DNA of 64,000 bases from the NCBI GenBank assembly GCA_918797485.1, contig CAKKNE010000006.1, positions 2,666,001-2,730,000 on the forward strand. Reading direction: 5' to 3'. The first letter of the stretch is position 1; the number at the start of each line of letters is the position of its first letter. The position numbers and the translations under genes are program-made. The DNA is from Pelagomonas calceolata (Eukaryota). Positions 1 to 12,393 of this stretch are shown here, one piece after another. The notes below the pieces were generated by a model. It saw only the letters and a list, made by a program, of their open reading frames with translations, was not told the origin of the DNA and made no database searches.

Positions 1-72
1 GCCGCGTCGACGCCGTCGCGGCAACGTGGGCTCACGAAGACGACATAAAATACATAGGACGCCGCCCCGAAC
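1..72 (-). other. ACCase intron 5 (partial), introner-like
   Basis: Donor G|GTTCGGGGCGGCGTCC follows DDDYEG. The reading frame degenerates after it, and the CGCGACGGCGTCGACGCG core is present. Confidence 0.75.
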
Positions 73-3000
73 CCTCGTAGTCGTCATCAACCCCGAGATG
101 AGTAACACCATTGGGAACCATGATCTGCTGCCCGCCGAGTTGATCTTGCGACGTGTACACGGCCTTGCCCAACAGCTTGTTCAGGGCCTGGAAGCCTGTT
201 AAGATCATAGGCCCGGTCTTCATCTGGATGACCCGCTGGCCTAAACGATTCAGGTACGCGCCGATGCCCACAGAGCGTCCAGACACGTAGGACAACGTGA
301 AGGTCTCCTCATAAGCTCGCGACGTCTCGCCGGCGATCGTGCCCGACCCGCGAAGGTTCTCGACCCCGATGCCGTCCGGCACCTGATCATCAGAACCAAT
401 GATGGCCTCGATCTCGTGGTGGCCGTTGCGATTCTTCGGCTTCACGTCAACACTTCCGGAAGGGAGCTTCTCGAGGTCCTCAGGAGTGACATACAAGTAC
501 TCCAAACCCTTGGAGGGGTCGTTGCTGACCCACTTGACGCCGACGAGCGGTTTCAACGCTTCCACGAGCCCGATGCGGGCGCCGGAGTTCGACGACAGGT
601 ACACTCTGGGGACACCGCGAGCAGCGGCAAACCGCGTGACCTTGGCGAAGAAGTCGTCCTCCGCAACACCGAAGGAGCCGGACTGGTACGTCACATCATT
701 CGCGACGATGACGACCTCGCGGCCCTCCGGGTACTCCGGGGTTCTAAAAGTGCACGAGAAGCCGACCATGCCCACGTCGTTGGTACCTACCGGTCTGCTA
801 CCTTTGGTGGAGACGCCGTACTCCGCGTCGTCGTCGAACAAAAGTTCTTCGGCTACTACTACGGAGTCAGACGAGGGAATGTCAATCGGTTCACCTCCGA
901 ACGCCACGACTTGATCATTTCTATCCCTCCAGGCTTGTAATTGAGCAGTAGCCAACAAACCGACGAAATCATAGGCATACGTCGTGCCAATACGTCTGGC
1001 GGTAGCTCGCTTCTTGGAGACGGCGTCGGCAGCCGGGTAGGGCTCGACGACGCAGTTGTTGCCTTCGACGTCGCAGTACGACAGCGTGACACCCGTGACC
1101 GGGTCGACGCGCTCGATATACGTCCTCAGACTAAGCCAGGGCCCCTCCGCACTGGTAGCGACGCCGCGCACGGGGATGACGCCCCCAGCCGTCTTGAACG
1201 CGAACTTGACCTCTATTTCATCCACCCTAGCCGCTAGTAAGCGCGTCGCTCGCGCGGCTAAATACCCCCCAAGGGTCTTCTGGAACTCCTGATCTAGTTC
1301 TTTGGCACTTTCAAATTCAACCGGCGGGATGACGTTCACGTAGACGCGGCCGGACGCCGTCGGTTTGACGCGAGCGTCGAGGAGAGCCATATCTAGCGCG
1401 TCCAAGGCCTTGTCGAGTAAGCGAGCGCAGCCCCCTTCGAAGAAATCCCTCGAGTGCGTCAAGCGACGCACGAAGACCGACTGGGCCGCGAACTTCGGGT
1501 TCTTGGCTCTCCCAGCTCTATCGTCGCCCACGTACACTCTCAGGTCCCTATTCACGGTAGGCAGGGGCATGGTCAAAAAGTTCCGCTCCACGGCGCCCAA
1601 CTCCAGTAAGTGGTAAAACGTCGGCCGCATGCCACGTCTGAGCGGGTCCTCGCGGTACGGCCCCGGCTGCGCGCCAAATTCAATGCACGTCGGATTCACG
1701 AAGGTAAAGTAGCGCGGGTAGTACGGCGCGTCCGTGGCCACGAAATTTACCGAACGCAGGCGCGCGGCCTCGACGGCGTTCTGGACGCCGGCCAAGGCCT
1801 GTTCTAGCGTAGCTACGAGTGCCTTATCATCGGTCGTCGCTTCGTTCGACTTTAAGAGGAGATGGATCGTGTTCACGGGCGTCTCGTCGGAAGGATCAGC
1901 CACCCACGAACTATGCGTCTGCAGGCCACTGCGTAACTCATCCCCAAACCCTTCGACCGTGGCGCTCAACCCAGCCACGGCACTCGCAGCATCATCAAAT
2001 AACACCAGCTTGCCGAAGCGCAGCGGCGCCTTCGCCGCGTCGTCGTTGCGGAACTTGTACCACCACGACGCCTCGAGGTGCTCATCTTTTTTGGTGATCG
2101 AGATGTCGAGGATGTCATGCGCCGAGTACATCCTACGGACATATACTTCTGCCGCCTTTACACCAACAGTAGGGTCGTCAAACAGCTCCGTCAACAGATC
2201 GACGCCGCGCGTGTAACTTCCGAGCTGCGGGTTCGAGGCAAAAGTACTCAAGTCAGACGCCTTGGAGATGTCGTTCTTCAATGAGGCGAGTCTCGCATCG
2301 AAGGGGGGGACATTTTGTCTGAGTCTCGCCATTCCAGCGGCTAATGAAACAGTAGCGTAGCCCGGGCCGGCCGCCTCCAAAGCTGCTACTCGGTCCAAGT
2401 CCCTCTCGAGTCTCGCTCTTTCTTCGTCGGTAGCTCTGCCAGACAGCGCTTGGACGCGAGGCACGGCAGCAACCAGCGCCCTCGCCAAGGCGCTTCTCGC
2501 CTTGAGCTTGCCGTGAGCCAACAAGACGTCGGCCGCATCTTTTTTAGAAGAAGCCTTGATCAGTTCTCTGGTAGCCGCATCTTCATCGGCGCGCCCGACG
2601 AACTTCTCCTCCACCGCTAGGAACCGATCCAACAAATCAGCAACCGCATCCGCGGCGACCCCAGCCGCGCCGCCGGCCCACTGCGCCGCCAGATCTCTCA
2701 AAGATTGAACCGCGGGCTCGTTCTCGTATGCAGCTAACTCGGACTCGAGCCCGGCGACGTCGATGGAAGCCGCTACTTTGGCCAGCGCCGCGTCGAGCTC
2801 GGCCGGCATCTTCTGCCCAATCGCGCCCGCGACCTCTCTTACTTGCAGTCTGAACACGTCCGGGTCCGCAATGGCCTCGACGAGCCGACCGACGGCATCC
2901 ACAGCATCCTCGCCGAGCGCGTCGTAGCCGTCCATCGCCGTCGACAGTTGGTCGAAGATCGATCTGTACGTGAGTAGGGCGTCCTGCTTGACGGCAGAAG

Positions 3001-6000
3001 CTTCTTCCAAGCCCAACGAATCGCCCTGGAAGGGCGTGATGCTACGAGCCTTGCTCGGGTCGTCTAATTCTAAGCCAGCGAGCAAATCCCCGGCCTCGAT
3101 CACACTTCCGGCGGCCATCTTCGGGGACACCGTGCCGGCGTCGGCGGCCTTGAGCCTGCGTTGATTGATACCCGTGAGTGAGGTAATCATGCGGCCGCGT
3201 CGAAGGCGTCGAGGCGATCTCGGCACCGCGGCCATGTTTTCAGCTCAAACTCGGACACGATCGCCGAGAGATACACTCGACCGCGTAGAGCAAGCAACAG
3301 TTCACACAGACCACAAATTGAAGGGCGATTGAAGATTTCTACACAGCAAACAAACGGCATGATCATCTTCATCGCTTCAACTTCCGCGAACGTCTCGCCC
3401 TTCTCGACCGATTCACCGTCTTCTTTCAGCCATCTCACGATCTTGCCCGTGACGTCGCTCCTGATCTCGGAAGGATCAAAGGCCGCGGGCACGAAGACGG
3501 TCGCGCCGTCGACGATGATCCTCAGTCCTAATGGTTCTTCTTGCCCCGTCAACTGGTGGGAGATGCCACCGTAACTCGCAAGTAGAGTACCGTCGGGCTG
3601 CTCGCGCACCGAAGCCGCGAGGGCCGGCCCGCCGTTCGTCACGAGGTCGAAGGACGCGTCGCCCGTGCGCTTGACGGTCACCGTGTACTTGACGTCACTC
3701 ACGACGATATCCAAGTCGAACGTGTCTAACGCATCGAGACCCGCCGTCGAGAACTGGCCGCGCTCCAATGCACTCTCAAATTCCGACCGCGCGGCCTTGC
3801 AGGCCTCGTGGGCCCGGAACAAGGCGGCGGACGCGACGACGACGCTGTCGTCGACGTGCGTGTTGATGGACTTGGCGGCGAGGATGCCGTCGAGCCAAGA
3901 GGTGTCGATGTTGTTGCTCTTGAAGTCGTCCGTCTCCAGTAACTGCACGAGGTACTCGACCGGGTTGCGGATCTCGCCGCGCACCTTCAGCTCCTTCAGA
4001 GCTAACACTAACGCCTTTCTCGCCGCTTCCCGATCCTCACCGGTCGCGAAGAGGTGGCCGAACTGCGAATCCGCAAATTCGTGGACCCCACCGTTCGCGC
4101 CCACCGAGAAATAACCCCAGACCGCCGGCGTCGACTGGAAGGACACGCGCTCGACCTTGCCGGACGTGGGCTTGAAGCTTTCATCAGGGTTCTCGGCCGT
4201 GATGCGCGCCGCGAGGACGTGCTTCTGGATGGGCCTGCGTTGTGTTTATGTGGTTACGGGCGTGCGCGTGGGGCGGTGTGTTCGCCGCGATGGCGTGGAA
4301 GTCGCAGCGTCCAGTGAAGCTCATACGCCATCCACCTTTGCGTCGATGGCGTGCCACGGCTCTCGCGAGACGCGTGGACCCTCTCGGGCCCACGGAGTGA
4401 TGGTCTCATGAAGACGCCGTCGCCGCGTGAAGAAACGAGACGCCGCATACGGTACCGGTACTTCGTGTTCGGGTCGTCGAGATCCAAGGTCGTCGTCGTG
4501 TCACTCTCGTCGATGCCGTACAACCTCCGCACCTCCGGCATGTTCGGCAGCGGGATGCCCATGGCCACTTGTAATTGGGTAGCGGGCAGATTCACGCCCG
4601 TCACGCCCTCCGTGCAGGGGTGCTCGACCTGCAGCCGCGGGTTCAGCTCCAAGAAAAAATAGTCGTCGTTGGCCGCATTATATAAATACTCGACGGTCCC
4701 CGCGCCCACGTAGCCGATGTTCTGCACTAATTGTTTGGCCTTCAACTCCATGTCCGCGAAGACGTCCGGTCTAGCGATACCTCCGGAAGGTTTGGTCGGC
4801 GGCGCCTCCTCGAAGATCTTCTGGAAGCGGCGCTGCGTCGAGCAGTCGCGCCCGTTCAGCGCGACGGCGTTGCCGTGCTCGTCGCCGACGACCTGGACCT
4901 CCAAGTGGCGCGCGCCGGTCATGAGCTGCATGACGAAGATCGGGGAACCTGCGTGGACGTAGCGTGACGCCGTCGCCGCGAGACGCGCACGTGATCGTGG
5001 TCGCGGCGATGGCATCTTCACGAGACCATCACGTCGCCTCCACGCCATCGACGCGGCGCGGCGTCGATGCCATGCGCCATCGACGCGGCGCGACGATCGC
5101 GTGTGTGAAAGGACGCCGCACGGTACCCGGCTGCTCGTTCTCGACCTGGGGAAACGCCGCCGACAATTCTTCCGCGTTCTTGCACATGCGGATGCCCTTG
5201 CCGCCGCCGCCCTCGCTCGCCTTGAGCATGACGGGGTACTGGACGCGCTCGGCCGCGGCTAACGCTTCTTCGGCCGAATGCACACACCCGGCCTCGAACG
5301 TCTCGCGAGGGATCGTCCCGTCCTCCTGCAAGTTCGCCTGGAGCGGCCCGTCGTCGCCGGGGTTGCCGAACGACCCACTCCAGGGGATCGACGGCACCTT
5401 CGCCGTCTGGGCTAGGATGTTCGCCGCAATTTTGTCTCCCAATACAGACATGACCGGCGCCGGCGGGCCCATGAAGGCGATGCCCTTCTCCTTTAAAGCG
5501 CGGGGCAGCTTCGGGTTCTCGGAGGCGTGGCCCCAGCCCGGCCAGACGGCGTCCACACCTAATCGCGACGCCGTGTCCACAATGAGCTTGACGTTGGCAT
5601 AATTATTGGTGTTCGAGCCGCCCGGGACTTCTACATATTCATCGGCTAATCTCACAAATTCCGCGTTGGCGTTCAAGTCCTCCGGCGTGGCCATGACGAT
5701 GAATTCTAAAGCGCGCTCGTCGCCTAACTCCAAGTAAGCCCATCTTCTCATGGACATGATGGACTTGGTCGCGGCCATGCCGTTGTTGGCGATGAGGACC
5801 TGTGTGCGGGGGTGCGTGAGTGGGGCAATTTGTTTTCGCAGCGGTTTCGGTTTCACGCAGCGCTCGCGGCGCTCGTAGCGCGCTCGCCGTCGAAGTTTCG
5901 CGGACGCCGCGCGGCGCACCCTTCTGATCACGCGCGTGCCGCCCTTCGCGGCGACGTACTCCGCCAGGCGGTCCTGCTTCGTCTCGGCGGCTACCGGCGC

Positions 6001-6159
6001 GGGATCCGCGACGGCCGCCTTGAGCTTCGTGAGCCAGTTGCGCACGCCCTTCTGCTGTGGCGCTACTAGCGCATTCTTGTGCGGCGCCCGCGGCGCCAGC
6101 GGGCCCGTGAACGCATGCGCGGTTGCAAGCAAAGCCAAGGCTATGCTAAGCCGCGCCAT
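73..6159 (-). CDS. ACC1: Plastid-targeted homomeric acetyl-CoA carboxylase, 3'-partial. Exons 6159-5920, 5799-5127, 4948-4456, 4234-3356 and 3155-73; continues beyond the window start.
   Basis: Biotin carboxylase motifs [27 protein letters not shown] and [10 protein letters not shown]; biotinyl motif EAMKM; carboxyltransferase motifs [15 protein letters not shown] and GVENLRGSG. The N-terminus is a signal peptide ending AHA-F (ASAFAP-like). Four GT-AG introns join the ORFs in phase. Confidence 0.95.
3156..3355 (-). mobile_element. 200-nt ACCase intron carrying one family-A-like end (CTGTGTAGAAATC)
   Basis: Splicing GTTTGTTTG...CAACGCAG restores KMIMP-LKAAD. The sequence gatttctacacag (3334-3346) matches the family-A TIR; no TSD is recognisable. 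Confidence 0.75.
4235..4455 (-). other. ACCase intron 3 (221 nt), degenerate introner-like
   Basis: GTACCGTATGCGGCGTC...ACGCAG restores KYR-PIQKH and contains the CGTCGATGGCGTG core. Confidence 0.8.
4949..5126 (-). other. ACCase intron 2 (178 nt), degenerate introner-like
   Basis: GTACCGTGCGGCGTCC...ACGCAG restores QPG-SPIF and contains two CGCCATCGACGCG cores. Confidence 0.8.
5800..5919 (-). other. ACCase intron 1 (120 nt, in-frame with no stop)
   Basis: Removing GTGCGC...ACACAG gives the conserved RVIRR-VLIANNG. Confidence 0.75.
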
Positions 6160-6661
6160 CTTCACTCGCTAGTGCTGTGCTGCACACCTACACGCCTCGC
6201 ACGGCTGCGAGGGTGCACCTAGTGCCCCAACGAACTCCTATCTCTGCTCCGCGACCGCTTTGCAGTTGAGCAGAGCGCGTCGTACGTCGCACTGCGACCT
6301 TATCCAATAGTGCCACCGTGCTCGCGCCCCCTCGTAAGACACGCCGATACGTCTATAGTTTCTTGCATTCGTCCCACTGGACGCATGCACAGGTCCAATG
6401 GGCATCCAGGCGCGCAATGGCCCGTTTTGCGACCTGCCAGGCGCGCGCTCGCCGCTGAAACGAACCGTGTCCGCTCACAGGAGTCCCTCCCGTGCCGCCT
6501 GACGCGTGCTCGACGCGGTGCCTCGTCTCGCGGCTGGCTCTCAGCATTGCAGCTCAGAGTCGGCGTCAAATACGCGCGCGCTGGGCACCGCAATCGCTAT
6601 CGAGCGCTGCCGCAGATCGCTACTTATATAAAAGATCGTGATTGGATAGAAAAACGCAACG

Positions 6662-7985
6662 ATGATCCTTCCTAGCAAGACCTTGCTGCTAGCTGCGGCA
6701 GCCAGCGCCCTCTACGTCCGGCCACGCCGCCGGATGAGACACGTTACAACGATGAAGTGGGGCGAGCACATCGACCAGGTGAAAGGAGATAATACGTTCT
6801 TAAGGAACAAGGACGGCCGACCGGCACAACTCCAACGAGACTACGGCAAATTAATAATAACACTAGCGACGACGGGCAACATCAACACGCGGGAAAACAA
6901 CAAGGACCTCCCGTGCTCACCAAAGGAGATGGCCGACCAGATGCACGAGTGCATCAAGCTCGGGGTGTCTATCTTACATATACATTCGAGGAATGAGTTG
7001 TTAAAGCCGACGATGCGCGTTGATAAATTCAGAGAAACATGCAGATTGGTGAAGGAACGGGATCCCGACGTGATCATACAAATAAGCACGGGCGGCCGGG
7101 CCCCGCCGACGGCCTTCGAAGGTGTGGATGTGGGGGATTGGAGGATGGACCCCCTCAACTTATTACCGGAGATGGGCTCGTACACGCCCGGCTCCGTCAA
7201 CCTCGGTCCCATCGTCTACCAGAACGACGCGAAGCTCACGAGGGACATGGCCCAAAAATACAAGGACCTGAAGATCAAGCCGCAGGTCGAAGTGTTTGAC
7301 ACGAACATGATCTCGAACGTTTGTTGACAGTGTCCGGACACGCGCTGATGGCGTCGAGGGTCGCGTCGATGGCGTATGAGCCGTCGCGAGGCTCGCACGA
7401 ACACCTACCGGCACGCCGTCGAGGAGGCGCTGGAGAGAGACGCCACGCGCGCGCGGCACCAAGCGCCGTACGCAGGCCTACAACCTCGTCAAGGCGGGCC
7501 TCCTCGAAAAGCCGCTCGAGTTCGGCTTCGTGATGGGCGCGCCGAACGCGCAGGAGTGCACCTTGAGGCAGCTCGGCCATTTGCTGTCCATGCTCGAGCC
7601 GGGCGACACGTGGACGTCGGTCGGCGTCGGCAAGTTCGAGATGCCCCTCGCGTATGCCGCGATAGCCCATGGGGGGCATGTGAGGGTCGGTCTCGAGGAC
7701 ACGAACAAATTGCCGAACGGCGAGATTGCGACGAACTATGAACTCGTGGAGCACGTCGTGGAAATGGCCAAGAGTATGGGCCGCGAGATCGCGACGCCGG
7801 CGGAAGCGCGGGAGATCCTGCAGATGGATCCTGGGCACATTGATCGGATCAACGCGCAGCTGGATCCGTCTGTCGATTTGTCGTCGCTGGTGTCGAACAC
7901 GGCGCCCTACGAGGGGCTGGAGGCGATTCCGGGGTCCTTGGAAATGAAGCCGACGCCCGGGCACCCGGACTACCCCTCGGCGTAA
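6662..7985 (+). CDS. 3-keto-5-aminohexanoate cleavage enzyme family protein (BKACE/DUF849). Exons 6662-7318 and 7476-7985.
   Basis: Motifs LIITLATTG, ILHIHSR, IQISTGG, GSVN and GGHVRVGLED, plus REIATPAEAREIL. Intron 7319-7475 (GTTTG...ACGCAG) joins the exons in frame. The N-terminus is signal-peptide-like. Confidence 0.9.
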
Positions 7986-8133
7986 CTAGCTTTAGTACAT
8001 TTAACACACATGCTACTCTACCCGCCTCGTCGATGGCGTGCAGGTGGCGCAGAAGCCAGGCGCCGCGCACCAGCCGCGGGCTCGCCATCGATGCGACCGA
8101 CCGCGGGCTCGCCGCCGAGGTGATCGGAACACG

Positions 8134-8772
8134 CTACGATACGCGCTCGAAGACGCGTAGTACGTCCCCGGAGGAGCGCGCTATCCTCAAAGCGCCGTCG
8201 ACGTATGTGTTGTCGAAGACGCCCGCCTCACCGGTTATGCCGGGGAGCGGCAGCGCCGCGATCGTCTGGGGCGCTTCGCCGACGCGCGTGCCGTCGACCT
8301 CGACGCCGTCGAGCGCCGCGAGAATACGCATTCCTTCAAGTGTCGCGGTGTGCCTCAGGACGAGCGAGCTTCGGGTATTGGGCGCGAGCAGCGTCCAGGC
8401 CGACCGCCACCCATCGTCGTCGCGACGTATCGTTATCACGTTGTCGAGGCGCAGTTCGCTGTTTTCGCGTCGGATGTCCTGGTAGACGTCCACGCGGCCC
8501 AGCGTCGGGTCCCGCCGCATCGCTCGGAGCAGGCCGGCGCCCCGCGCCTGCGTCGTCGCCAGCAGCTCCCACCGGCCGCAGAGCAGGTCGGCGTCGCGCG
8601 GCCATTCCATCGCTTCGACGGCGTCGACGCGGCGCTCCAGTGCGTAGGTGTCAGCTATCGACGTGATCCACGTCGGCGCGGCGCGCGCGTGCGCCAGTAG
8701 CGTGCGGACCGGGTCTGTGGCATCGGTACATACAAGCAGCAAGATGCCAAACTGGCACGTTTGCCGTCCCAT
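8134..8772 (-). CDS. PAP/fibrillin (plastid lipid-associated) family protein
   Basis: LCGRWELLATT and the C-terminal FDNTYVDGALRIARSS.GDVLRVFER pattern. Confidence 0.7.
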   Translation of the reverse strand: MGRQTCQFGILLLVCTDATDPVRTLLAHARAAPTWITSIADTYALERRVDAVEAMEWPRDADLLCGRWELLATTQARGAGLLRAMRRDPTLGRVDVYQDIRRENSELRLDNVITIRRDDDGWRSAWTLLAPNTRSSLVLRHTATLEGMRILAALDGVEVDGTRVGEAPQTIAALPLPGITGEAGVFDNTYVDGALRIARSSGDVLRVFERVS

Positions 8773-8978
8773 CGTGGACGATTTCTACGCGTGGCACGGC
8801 CTGCTCTCAGGCTGGCGTCTGGGCTCTCAGCTGTCAAAATGCTCTGTAGGCCTTTGTCTTCACGCACACTTCATGAGCGCTAGCGCGGCTGCACGCATGA
8901 ATCCAAGTTATGCGTGCAATCACGATACAGGCTCAGGCGGCACAGATTGGCTGGGTTAGCTTGAGCTCATGAGGTCTT

Positions 8979-9008
8979 GCTTGCTAGTGTCTCACAGCCG
9001 CTAGCTAG
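8979..9008 (+). promoter_or_regulatory. CTAG-TGTCTTAC-CTAG intergenic motif copy
   Basis: gcttgctagtgtctcacagccgctagctag. Confidence 0.55.
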
Positions 9009-9047
9009 AACGCGACGGTTTCGCTCATCGAATCGGAAGAACGGTTG

Positions 9048-10498
9048 TTACGAAGCCGCGTTGCGCTCAAACAACGACTCCTGGCGCGGCTGGCAGACGC
9101 GATGCGTCGCGACGGCTAGGAAGGCGCAGAACGCCTCGATGCCCGCGAATCCCTCGCAGAACGGCGCCGTCAGCAGACGGTAGCCGACCGCGATCACGCC
9201 GGCGAGCGGAACCCGCGACGAAATGAGGACGTTCGCGTCGCTCATCCCGACGAAGGCACCCATGGTCACGGCCTGCGTCACGTCGTAGACCCACTCGCCC
9301 TTGGTGTTGAGGATGGCTAGGACTAGCAACGTGATGAGCAGCGCCGACATCGCGCCGGCCGTCGCGCTCGGGTGGCCCGTGGCGATCTTCGTCATACGTG
9401 TTAAAACGGCGGCCGCCACGGAGGAGGCCAGGTATCGTAACACCAGACCGATGCGGACCATGCTGTGCCAATGGTCTAACCCCGCCGAGAAGCGTTTCCA
9501 GGGCAAGATGCCCGCGGGGATCATTATAACGACGACCACAATGTTCGTCGCGATAAACGCGACCGTACCGTACCGTCCGCCGTTCCCCTCGGCGATCTTC
9601 CAGTGGCGCGCCGCCAGCCAGAGCGCCGAGGCGAAGATCGCCACGAGCGCCAGCCAGCCGAAGTCCGGAACGACCTCGGGATGGCGGTGCGACGACATGC
9701 CTGTGATCGCTCCGACGGTGGTGGCTTCTACCATGTTCGGCTGATAGAGCGACGCGAGGGTGACGGTGATTGCCCACGCGAGCTGCGGCTCCACCTTCGG
9801 CCCGAAGTGGGCGATCGAGTAGGAGAAATACGCCGAGAGGATGACTCCCAAGCATTCTATAACATAAGGCAGCATCTCCGCCCAGGTCTTCTTAATATCA
9901 AAAACCGAGTTCGGCGCGTCGAGGACGGACCGCTCGTTTTGCAAAGCGCGCGGATTCCACTCCTCGAGCCCGCACGGGTCCTTCTTTTGCATCCACGCCG
10001 GCCGGCGCAGCCAGAACCGCTTCTTCGGCTCGTCGCCGCCTGTGTGGAAATCAATCAGTGTGTCGGGTGCACCCGATAATTCTTCACTAAGTCTTTCTCG
10101 GCGATGACGTGGCCGCGCTGGCTCCGCCGAGCGGTGAGGAACCGGCATCGCCACGCCATCGAGCAGGTGTCGCGTCGATAGCGTGGAGGTCGACGCGGCG
10201 ATTCACGAACCGCGCCGTAAATTTGATTTCTACACAGGTCGCCGCCGTGCTTCGCCTCGCCCTGGTCGGCAAAGGCGCGCCAGTCAATGCGCGTAAGATC
10301 ACGGTGAATATCGCCCATATCCCGCGCCGAGCCCTCTCTTGTATTTCGTGTCGAGCCCTCGCGCATCGAGCCGCGGCCGTCGCCGATGTGGCGCGTCGAC
10401 GCCTCGCGGGGCGTCTGGAACGCCACCGACGAGCGGCGGCGGTCGGGCGGCGGCGCCGTCTCGGTGCCGTCGCGCGCGAAGCCGAGCATAGCCAGCAT
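9048..10498 (-). CDS. Multi-pass membrane protein of unknown function. Exons 10498-10246 and 10039-9048; start uncertain.
   Basis: About 9-10 hydrophobic segments with internally repeated GAITGMS/GAFVGMS motifs. Removing the introner restores AKHG-GDEPKK. Confidence 0.7.
10040..10237. mobile_element. Introner MITE family A, copy 1 (GC-AG intron 10040-10245 on the minus strand)
   Basis: TIRs CTGTGTGGAAATCAAT / ATTTGATTTCTACACAG. Perfect 8-bp TSD GTCGCCGC at 10032-10039 and 10238-10245. Confidence 0.93.
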
Positions 10499-10738
10499 GG
10501 TGGATAGGAAGAGCACCAAGATTGCTCGGTTACGGTGCCACCTAGGACTTCAAACTTCTCGGCCACCTGCTGTGGCTATACGACTATTCCTCAGACGCGT
10601 GCGCCACTCCCCATCAATTATCTACGGCCGTGGAGCGCCTACAAAGTACCGAGCCGAGCCGATCCTTTTCTCAACGGGAACCGACAACCCCTTCGAGCGA
10701 GGCGTGCCTGACAACAACGTGTAACAACCACAAGAATA

Positions 10739-12033
10739 TTAGTCGATCAAATCCAGCAGCGCCCCGCGCGCGTCGACGCGCTCCACGGCGGCCGCCGCCC
10801 GACTGATCGTGAGGCGCGCCGGCCCTTCCGCGAAGTAGTCCGAAGACGCGCCCGCGCTGATGACGAGAGCCGTCAGCGCCCAGAGCGCGTGGAGCCGGTA
10901 CTCGCGCCAGGCGTCCTCGTAGGACAGGCGCTGGCCTTTGGCAGCGAGGCGCCGCAAGTATGCTTCGACGTAGGCCCGCTCGTTCCTCGCCAGGTCCGCG
11001 CTGTCGCACGACAAGATGAGATGATAGGCCACATCGCGCATGGGGTGCTCGGCCGCGACGCACTGCATGTCATAAAAGCCCGCGGACCCGTCCTTCTTGT
11101 GGAAGAAGACGTTTCCCAAATGGGCATCGCCGTGACATAGCACTAGCAGGCCGGAGGACCAGTGGGCCCGCACGGCGTCGTAGTGATCGAGGTAGAGCTG
11201 GTAGGTCGCGATCTGCGCGGACGTCAAATGTTACAGAATGTCACAGCGCCCCCACGCCATCGACGCGACAGGTAGACTTTCACGCCGGTCGCGACGACGT
11301 CGGCCGACAGCAGGTCCGGCCAGCGCTTCGTGATCGTGCGCAGCGTCGAGTCCGCGATCAATCGCAGGAACGGCGGCCGCGTCTCGTCCGTCCAGATTCC
11401 CCGCGGCGGCCAGCCCCAGCAGGACGCATGTAACGTAGCGAGCGCCTCAAGCACGGCCTCGACCGTCTTGTCGGCGTGCGGCGTGTCGATAACTGGAAAC
11501 GTCACGCCTCGCGCGCCGACGTCCTCCAGGCACAGCACGAAGCGGCCCCGCCTCATCTCCGCCGCATAGGCCTTCGCAAATAAATGTGAAGGCGCCTTGA
11601 TGCGCGTGTTGTAGAACCGGACTTCGTTCGCGTAGACTCCAAAAATGTCAAGAAAGAGCGACTCGAAGAGCGTCGCGGCGGGCAGCTTGCAGAAGAGGCG
11701 CGTCCCGTTGACGACAAGCCAGCACCTACTCGTGCCGGCGCCGCCCGCTCCTAGCTCATTGGCGTCGCTGAGTTGTTGCCTTTGGCTGTCGCCGAGTGAT
11801 ACCGTTTTGACTGTCGTACCGAGCAGTTGTGCTAGCGTGTTTGGTCGCATGAGTTCGACACGTGTCATGTTTGGTCGCATGAGTTCGGCACGTGTCAGAG
11901 GGATGCGCCGCTCGCTGGCGTAGAGGCAGCGCAGCACGCGGTCGTAGACGCGCTGCAGTAATGCTTGTGCGATGGCACAGGTGAGCCAGAGGGCTTCTTT
12001 TGCGTAGGTTTTGAGGAGCTGTGCGGACGGCAT
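10739..12033 (-). CDS. Ecdysteroid/choline kinase-like (EcKL/APH) phosphotransferase. Exons 12033-11296 and 11212-10739.
   Basis: Motifs NEVRFY, LCLED, LATLHA, HGDAHLGNVFF, YDMQ and DVAY. An 83-nt intron (11213-11295) joins the ORFs in frame. Confidence 0.85.
11838..11897. repeat. 2 x 30-bp in-frame tandem duplication
   Basis: tgtttggtcgcatgagttcg(a/g)cacgtgtca occurs twice and encodes TRAELMRPNM/TRVELMRPNT. Confidence 0.9.
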
Positions 12034-12207
12034 CGCTTCGTATGCAGGTTGTGGGAAGTGGTGCTTGTGGTGCTTGCCTTATGCTGCAGCGATGCAGCGA
12101 AGGTGTCGGCAAAGCCTTCGCGAAGGTTGACAGAGCAGTTCTGTGAGTGTTATTGTCACGCACGACTCGTGTACACAATAGACTAGGACGTGGGTTTGCC
12201 GGCATTC

Positions 12208-12230
12208 CTAGTGTCTTACATACCGCTAGC
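12208..12230 (+). promoter_or_regulatory. CTAG-TGTCTTAC-CTAG motif copy, in a divergent intergenic region
   Basis: ctagtgtcttacataccgctagc. Confidence 0.55.
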
Positions 12231-12393
12231 GCGCTCCGGCTTTGCTCCGTTTTGTCCTCGTGCTCGCCAGCGGAGCACCTGCCGCGAGCTCGACTGGCGC
12301 GGGGCGCCCCTCGCACGCAGCGGCTCCCTGAGATTTCAAGCGCGCGCGATCACACGCCGTTTTGAGGCGGTTACGGCAGCACTGCGCCCGAGG

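Noticed and set aside
3156..5919. ACCase ORF breaks as pseudogene frameshifts
   Set aside because: Every break is resolved by a phase-consistent GT-AG intron.
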